Below, piece after piece: positions 60,043 through 64,000 of a DNA stretch of 64,000 nt. The position numbers and the translations under genes were made by a program. The notes below the pieces were generated by a model. It ran no database searches and was not told the DNA's origin. It saw only the letters and a program-made list of their open reading frames with translations. The stretch is from Halieaceae bacterium (GTDB lineage Bacteria > Pseudomonadota > Gammaproteobacteria > Pseudomonadales > Halieaceae). Positions within the stretch are counted from its first letter, which is position 1, and every line of letters starts with the position of its first letter. The DNA is taken from assembly GCA_036351355.1 (NCBI GenBank), contig JAZBOX010000140.1, positions 366 through 64,365 on the forward strand, read 5' to 3'.

Positions 60043-60098
60043 GGCGCCGGCGCTGCGGGCGCCGCAGTCTTCATGCGCGCTTCCGGGCGCTGCCGTCC

Positions 60099-60560
60099 CT
60101 ACCCCGCCGGCAGGCTGCGCTCGCAGCGCTCGTGCCGACGATTGAGCCAGTCGCGCAGGATCAGCTCCGCGGCGAGGCTGTCGACGGGGCGGTGCCGGTA
60201 GTCACCGCGGTGCCCCTCGAGAGCCTGTTCGGCCTTGACCGCATAGCTGCTCAGGCGCTCGTCGACCATTTCCATGGCCACGGCGAAGCGTCCGTGAAGG
60301 CGCCGGGCGAAGCGCCGTGCTCGCTGCGCCATCTCGCTTTCGCTGCCATCCATATGCAGCGGATCTCCCACCAGAACCAGATCGGGCTGCCACTCGGCAA
60401 GGAGTTTTTCGACCTCGGACCACGCGGGTACGCCGTCGCGGGCCTGCAGTACCGTCAGCGGCTGCGTGGTGGCGAGCATCGTGTTGCCGGCCGCCACACC
60501 GATCTGGCGCAGGCCATAGTCAAAGGCAAGAATTCGGATCGGATCGCGCTGCATGGTCAT
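60099..60560 (-). CDS. ruvX: Holliday junction resolvase-like pre-16S rRNA nuclease RuvX (YqgF)
   Basis: ...ILAFDYGLRQIGVAAGN......PL..L.....P.W......EW.PD..VVG.PL.MDGSE......RF..RL......V...DERLSS..A. Confidence 0.9.
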   Translation of the reverse strand: MTMQRDPIRILAFDYGLRQIGVAAGNTMLATTQPLTVLQARDGVPAWSEVEKLLAEWQPDLVLVGDPLHMDGSESEMAQRARRFARRLHGRFAVAMEMVDERLSSYAVKAEQALEGHRGDYRHRPVDSLAAELILRDWLNRRHERCERSLPAG

Positions 60561-60580
60561 GGCGGACTCAGCGACCGGCC

Positions 60581-60665
60581 CTGGTTACGGGCTTGGTTGC
60601 GGGCCTGGTTGCGGGTTTGGTTGCGGCCTGGTTGCGGGCTTGGTTGCGGGGGCTTGGTTGCAGGC
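60581..60665. repeat. 12-bp tandem repeat, 7 copies (YTGGTTRCGGGC-like; individual units 11-14 nt), between yqgE and ruvX
   Basis: The units are CTGGTTACGGGC, TTGGTTGCGGGC, CTGGTTGCGGGT, TTGGTTGCGGC, CTGGTTGCGGGC, TTGGTTGCGGGGGC and TTGGTTGCAGGC. Confidence 0.93.
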
Positions 60666-60678
60666 TCGGCCGTGACGC

Positions 60679-61302
60679 TCAGGCGTGGCCCGCCTGCGTG
60701 GTCATCAGGTTCATGTCGATACCGAGCGCCGCTGCGGCGGCAGTCACGCGCTGTTCGATGGGCGTATCGAAGATGATGCGGTGGTCGGCGCGCAGCGTCA
60801 GCCAGCTGTTGCCGGCGATCTCTTCTTCGAGCTGACCGGCCGACCAGCCGGCATAGCCGAGCGCGATCACGAAACGCTCGGGGCCATGGCCCGCGGCGAT
60901 GGCGCGCAGCACGTCCTGAGAGGTCGTCAGGCGAATGTCGCGGGTCACCTGCAGCGAGGAGTCCCAGTCATGGGCATCGGCGGGGTGGAGTACGAAGCCG
61001 TGGTCAACCTGAACCGGACCCCCGGCAAGGACCGGACGGTTATGGAAGTCTGCGGCGGTACCGATCTCGAGGTGGTCGAAGATTTCCTCGAGGGAGATTT
61101 CCAGCGGCTGGTTGATCACCAGGCCCATGGCTCCGGCCTCGCCGTGCTCGCAGATATAGGTGATGCTGCCGCTGAACAGGCCCGCTTCGAGGCCGGGCAT
61201 GGCGAGGAGAAAATGATCCCGTAGGCTATCGCTGCTCGAAGCCTGCACCGCGTGTCCAACCCTCCCGCGTCCGCGCAGGTCGTGCCCCGGCGTCGCTATC
61301 AT
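60679..61302 (-). CDS. yqgE: YqgE/AlgH family protein (UPF0301)
   Basis: ...LRDHFLLAMPGL....F..S..YICEH...GAMGLVIN.P.......GGPV....GFVLH.......LGYAGW..GQLE.EI..N.WL. Confidence 0.88.
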   Translation of the reverse strand: MIATPGHDLRGRGRVGHAVQASSSDSLRDHFLLAMPGLEAGLFSGSITYICEHGEAGAMGLVINQPLEISLEEIFDHLEIGTAADFHNRPVLAGGPVQVDHGFVLHPADAHDWDSSLQVTRDIRLTTSQDVLRAIAAGHGPERFVIALGYAGWSAGQLEEEIAGNSWLTLRADHRIIFDTPIEQRVTAAAAALGIDMNLMTTQAGHA

Positions 61303-61342
61303 TTTCTCCGCCCCCGGCTTCTGCGAGCCGACGAACCGCTAT

Positions 61343-62188
61343 TCACTTCGAGCTTAGCGGGTTTTCCTCGAATTGCCATGTACGCACGATCTCAAGCTTG
61401 TCCGTGCTTGCGCGCAACTCTTCGGGAAAAGGCGGAAATGGCGCCGCCAGGCGCAGGATGCGGATTGCCGCCTCGTCGAGAACGGCCTGACCCGAGGGTT
61501 CAAGCACGCGGATGTCCTCGAGTTCGCCGTCGCTGCGCACGGTCACGAGCAGGCGAAGGCTGCCGTAGATGCCGTAGCGTAGCGAGGCCTCGGGGTAATA
61601 CTGGTTGCCCACAGACTCGACGCGCCGCCGCCACTCGGCGAGGTAGGCGGCGTCCACCGCGGCGCGCGCCGACACGGCGTCGAGGCGGCGCACGCGCGGA
61701 CGGTCCTCGGCGCTGCGCCGCGACTCGTCGAGGCTGGCCTCGAGGCGGGCAAGCTCGCGATTGAGACGCGCCAGTTCGCGATCCGTGGACGGCAGATCAG
61801 CGTTATCGGCGTTTTCCCCGCGACGGTCGACGATGCGATCGGGACTCGAAACGGTGGTAATGGCCGGCGTCGCCAGACGCTCGCGACCGCTGTTTGTTCG
61901 CGTCGCCGCGGCCGCGGCCGGCGTCGGCTGGGGCAGCATCGCGGGCGCGGCCGATGGCCGATCGCGCTGGACCTCACGGCCGCTGCCGCTCTGATCGACC
62001 TGGGCGATGTGCTCGGCCTGCTTCGGCGGTCGACTGCTGGTCTGCACCAGCGTGACCTCCACCGGTTGGAAACGGTTCTCCTGCCGCAGCGCGTCGAAGC
62101 CCAGCCCGAAGATCAGCATCATGTGCAGCGCCGTGGCGACCAGTGTCGCCAGCAGCAGGCGATCGTTGGTCGATGCGGCCGCGCTCAC
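61343..62188 (-). CDS. tonB: energy transducer TonB-family protein
   Basis: N-terminal anchor (LLLATLVATALHMMLIFGL), a P/A-rich spacer, and a C-terminal TonB domain (...YYPEASLRYGIYGSLRLLVTVRSDGELEDIRVLEPSGQAVLDEAAIRILRLAAPFPPFP). It lies next to gshB, where I recall Pseudomonas has tonB3. Confidence 0.8.
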   Translation of the reverse strand: MSAAASTNDRLLLATLVATALHMMLIFGLGFDALRQENRFQPVEVTLVQTSSRPPKQAEHIAQVDQSGSGREVQRDRPSAAPAMLPQPTPAAAAATRTNSGRERLATPAITTVSSPDRIVDRRGENADNADLPSTDRELARLNRELARLEASLDESRRSAEDRPRVRRLDAVSARAAVDAAYLAEWRRRVESVGNQYYPEASLRYGIYGSLRLLVTVRSDGELEDIRVLEPSGQAVLDEAAIRILRLAAPFPPFPEELRASTDKLEIVRTWQFEENPLSSK

Positions 62189-63147
62189 TGCGGATCGGGG
62201 TTCTGCAACCGGGTGACGATCGCATCCATGAGCCGGCCGCCGATGTCCGTATCGAAGGCGGCGTCGATCTCGCGGATACAGGTTGGACTGGTGACGTTGA
62301 TTTCCGTGAGGTAGTCGCCGATGACGTCCAGGCCAACGAAGATGAGACCGCGCCTGCGCAGGCTCGGACCCACCGCCTCCGCGATCTGGCGGTCGCGCTC
62401 GCTCAGCGGCTGGGCGCGACCGGTGCCGCCCGCGGCGAGGTTGCCGCGTGTTTCTCCCTGCGATGGCAGCCGCGCCAGGCAGTAAGGCACGGGCTCGCCC
62501 TCGATCATCAGGATGCGCTTGTCGCCGTCGCGTATCTCGGGAAGGTAGCGCTGCGCCATGATCGTCTGTCGCCCGAAGTCGGTCAGCGTTTCCAGGATCA
62601 CGTTGACGTTGGGGTCATCGTTGCGTACGCGAAATATCGATGCGCCGCCCATGCCGTCGAGGGGCTTGAAGATTACGTCGCCATGCTCGCCGTGGAAGGC
62701 CTTCAGCTGCTCGCGGTCACCGCTTACGAGTACGGGAGGGCAGCACTCGGGGAACTGCGTGGCAAAGACCTTCTCGTTGCAGTCGCGCAGCGAGTGGCAG
62801 CGATTGACTACCAGGCAGCCCATGCGCTCCGCCGCCTCGAGGATGTAGGTGGCGTAGATGTATTCGTTGTCGAAGGGCGGATCGCGGCGCATGAGGATCA
62901 CGTCCAGCTCCGCCAGCGATCGGCGCTCGCCTTCGCCGAGGTGGTACCAGCGCTGCGGATCGCGAAAGACCTCGAGGGGCGCCATGCGCGCCGTCGGTGC
63001 GCCCTGCTCCAGGGACAGGTCCGTCGGCTCCATGTAGAACAGCGACCAGCCGCGATCGGCGGCGGCCCAGAGCATGGCCATGGTGCTGTCTTTCTTGTAG
63101 TTGATCGCGCTGATGGGATCCATCACCACGCCGAGTTTGATGCTCAT
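62185..63147 (-). CDS. gshB: glutathione synthetase
   Basis: MSIKLGVVMDPISAINYKKDSTMAMLWAAADRGW.L.YME..DL....ILMR.DPPFD.EYIY.TYILE.AE..G..V.N.... Confidence 0.95.
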   Translation of the reverse strand: MSIKLGVVMDPISAINYKKDSTMAMLWAAADRGWSLFYMEPTDLSLEQGAPTARMAPLEVFRDPQRWYHLGEGERRSLAELDVILMRRDPPFDNEYIYATYILEAAERMGCLVVNRCHSLRDCNEKVFATQFPECCPPVLVSGDREQLKAFHGEHGDVIFKPLDGMGGASIFRVRNDDPNVNVILETLTDFGRQTIMAQRYLPEIRDGDKRILMIEGEPVPYCLARLPSQGETRGNLAAGGTGRAQPLSERDRQIAEAVGPSLRRRGLIFVGLDVIGDYLTEINVTSPTCIREIDAAFDTDIGGRLMDAIVTRLQNPDPQ

Positions 63148-63228
63148 CGCGACCGTCTCGCTGGAAAAGCTGCACCGTAGTCAAAGGGCCTGACTCAGGC
63201 AAGCGGAACGATGATGTCTCCGGCGCGT

Positions 63229-63975
63229 TCAGAAATGGCGGAAATCGCCCCAGCGCGCCTGGGCTACGGCGATGGCAGCCAGCGGCGCCGTCTCCGTGCG
63301 CAGTATCCGTGGACCAAGACGCAGCCCCTGAAAACCGGCTTCGATGGCGCGCGCCACCTCGTCGGCGCTGAAGCCGCCCTCGGGGCCGACGAGCAGGATC
63401 AGCTCGCTGGTCGACGCGTCGTCGACGGCGGGTTCCGATGCATTTTCCGGGTGCAGCATGAGCTTCCTTGCGTCGCCCACGGCGCGCACTGCATCGAGAA
63501 CCGCGCCGAACTCGCGCACGCTCTCGATCGCAGGCAGCGCGTTGCGGCCGCACTGTTCGCAGGCGCTGAGCGCAATGCGCCGCCAGTGTTCCAGCTTGCG
63601 CTGCAGCCGGGGGCCGTCGAGGCGGACGCCCGTGTGTGCGCTGGTCAGCGGCCAGATGGCGGCTGCACCGAGCTCCGTGGCCTTCTGCACGACCGTATCC
63701 ATGCGATCGCCGCGCGACAGACCGATGGCAAGGGTGATGCGCAGCGGTGACTCGCGGTCGATCTCCCTGAGCTCGAGCACGCGGACCTCGACGGTGTTGC
63801 GCTCGATGGCCACGATCTCGGCCGTGGCCTCGCGGCCGTCGCCGCCGAACAGGCACAAGCGATCGCCGGCGCGCATGCGCAGCGCCCGGGCAATGTGACG
63901 CGAGGGCTCTGCCTCAAGCCTCAGCGAGGCGCCCACGTCCAGGACCTCGCCGGTGAAGAAGCGGGGACGCAGCAT
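63229..63975 (-). CDS. rsmE: 16S rRNA (uracil1498-N3)-methyltransferase
   Basis: MLRPRFF......G..L.L......HI.RALRMR.GD.L.LF.G.G.E..A.I...... and C-terminal ...LLVGPEGGFS..E.......GF....LGPRILRTETA. Confidence 0.9.
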   Translation of the reverse strand: MLRPRFFTGEVLDVGASLRLEAEPSRHIARALRMRAGDRLCLFGGDGREATAEIVAIERNTVEVRVLELREIDRESPLRITLAIGLSRGDRMDTVVQKATELGAAAIWPLTSAHTGVRLDGPRLQRKLEHWRRIALSACEQCGRNALPAIESVREFGAVLDAVRAVGDARKLMLHPENASEPAVDDASTSELILLVGPEGGFSADEVARAIEAGFQGLRLGPRILRTETAPLAAIAVAQARWGDFRHF

Positions 63976-64000
63976 GGGCAGGGCGCCGCCTACAGACCGA

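Noticed and set aside
59133-60776. 547-aa plus-strand ORF with a WLRAWLRAWLRVWLR repeat
   Set aside because: It is out of frame over pilU and antisense to ruvX. It is Arg/Pro/Gly-rich, and its repeat peptide is just the 12-bp intergenic tandem repeat read through.

Overview
This window is a GC-rich gammaproteobacterial chromosomal backbone; third codon positions are almost all G/C. I call 66 protein genes, nearly all recognisable housekeeping functions. They sit in blocks that mirror Pseudomonas-type synteny: rimK cluster; glmU-glmS; uvrD; ubiC-ubiA; recG; ridA-spoT-rpoZ-gmk-yicC / rph-crc-pyrE; slmA-argB-algC-coaBC / radC-rpmB-rpmG-mutM; coaD-rsmD / ftsYEX-rpoH; trmB; hemW-rdgB-DUF4426-metW-metX-yggT-yggS / pilT-pilU; ruvX-yqgE-tonB-gshB-rsmE. 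I saw no rRNA, tRNA, CRISPR, integrase, transposase or phage genes, and no multi-gene defence or mobile island. Many very long ORFs in the track are antisense or out-of-frame artefacts of high GC and were rejected. Seven things stand out. (1) An orphan acsF (O2-dependent Mg-protoporphyrin cyclase, a bacteriochlorophyll gene) is translationally coupled to a 98-codon upstream ORF. It is preceded by two TGT-N12-ACA-type palindromes 8 bp apart over a promoter, the PpsR/CrtJ operator layout, yet sits between glmS and a sir2-rsgA pair. (2) A perfect 21-bp sequence occurs in mirror orientation about 38 nt upstream of both divergent start codons (SPOR gene and uvrD), and a related copy lies at yggT. 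(3) Three unrelated short tandem-repeat arrays (18, 31 and 12 bp) lie at gene ends; the 18-bp array carries the crc stop codon in frame in every perfect copy. (4) A cysteine-free, Zn-ribbon-less Sir2 protein is co-transcribed with rsgA. (5) There is a rubredoxin / rubredoxin-reductase fusion. (6) AlgC has a roughly 375-aa two-TM N-terminal extension. (7) There are small synteny breaks: no dut and no proC where Pseudomonas has them. The acsF module is my best candidate for something biologically new, but I cannot show that from this window alone.
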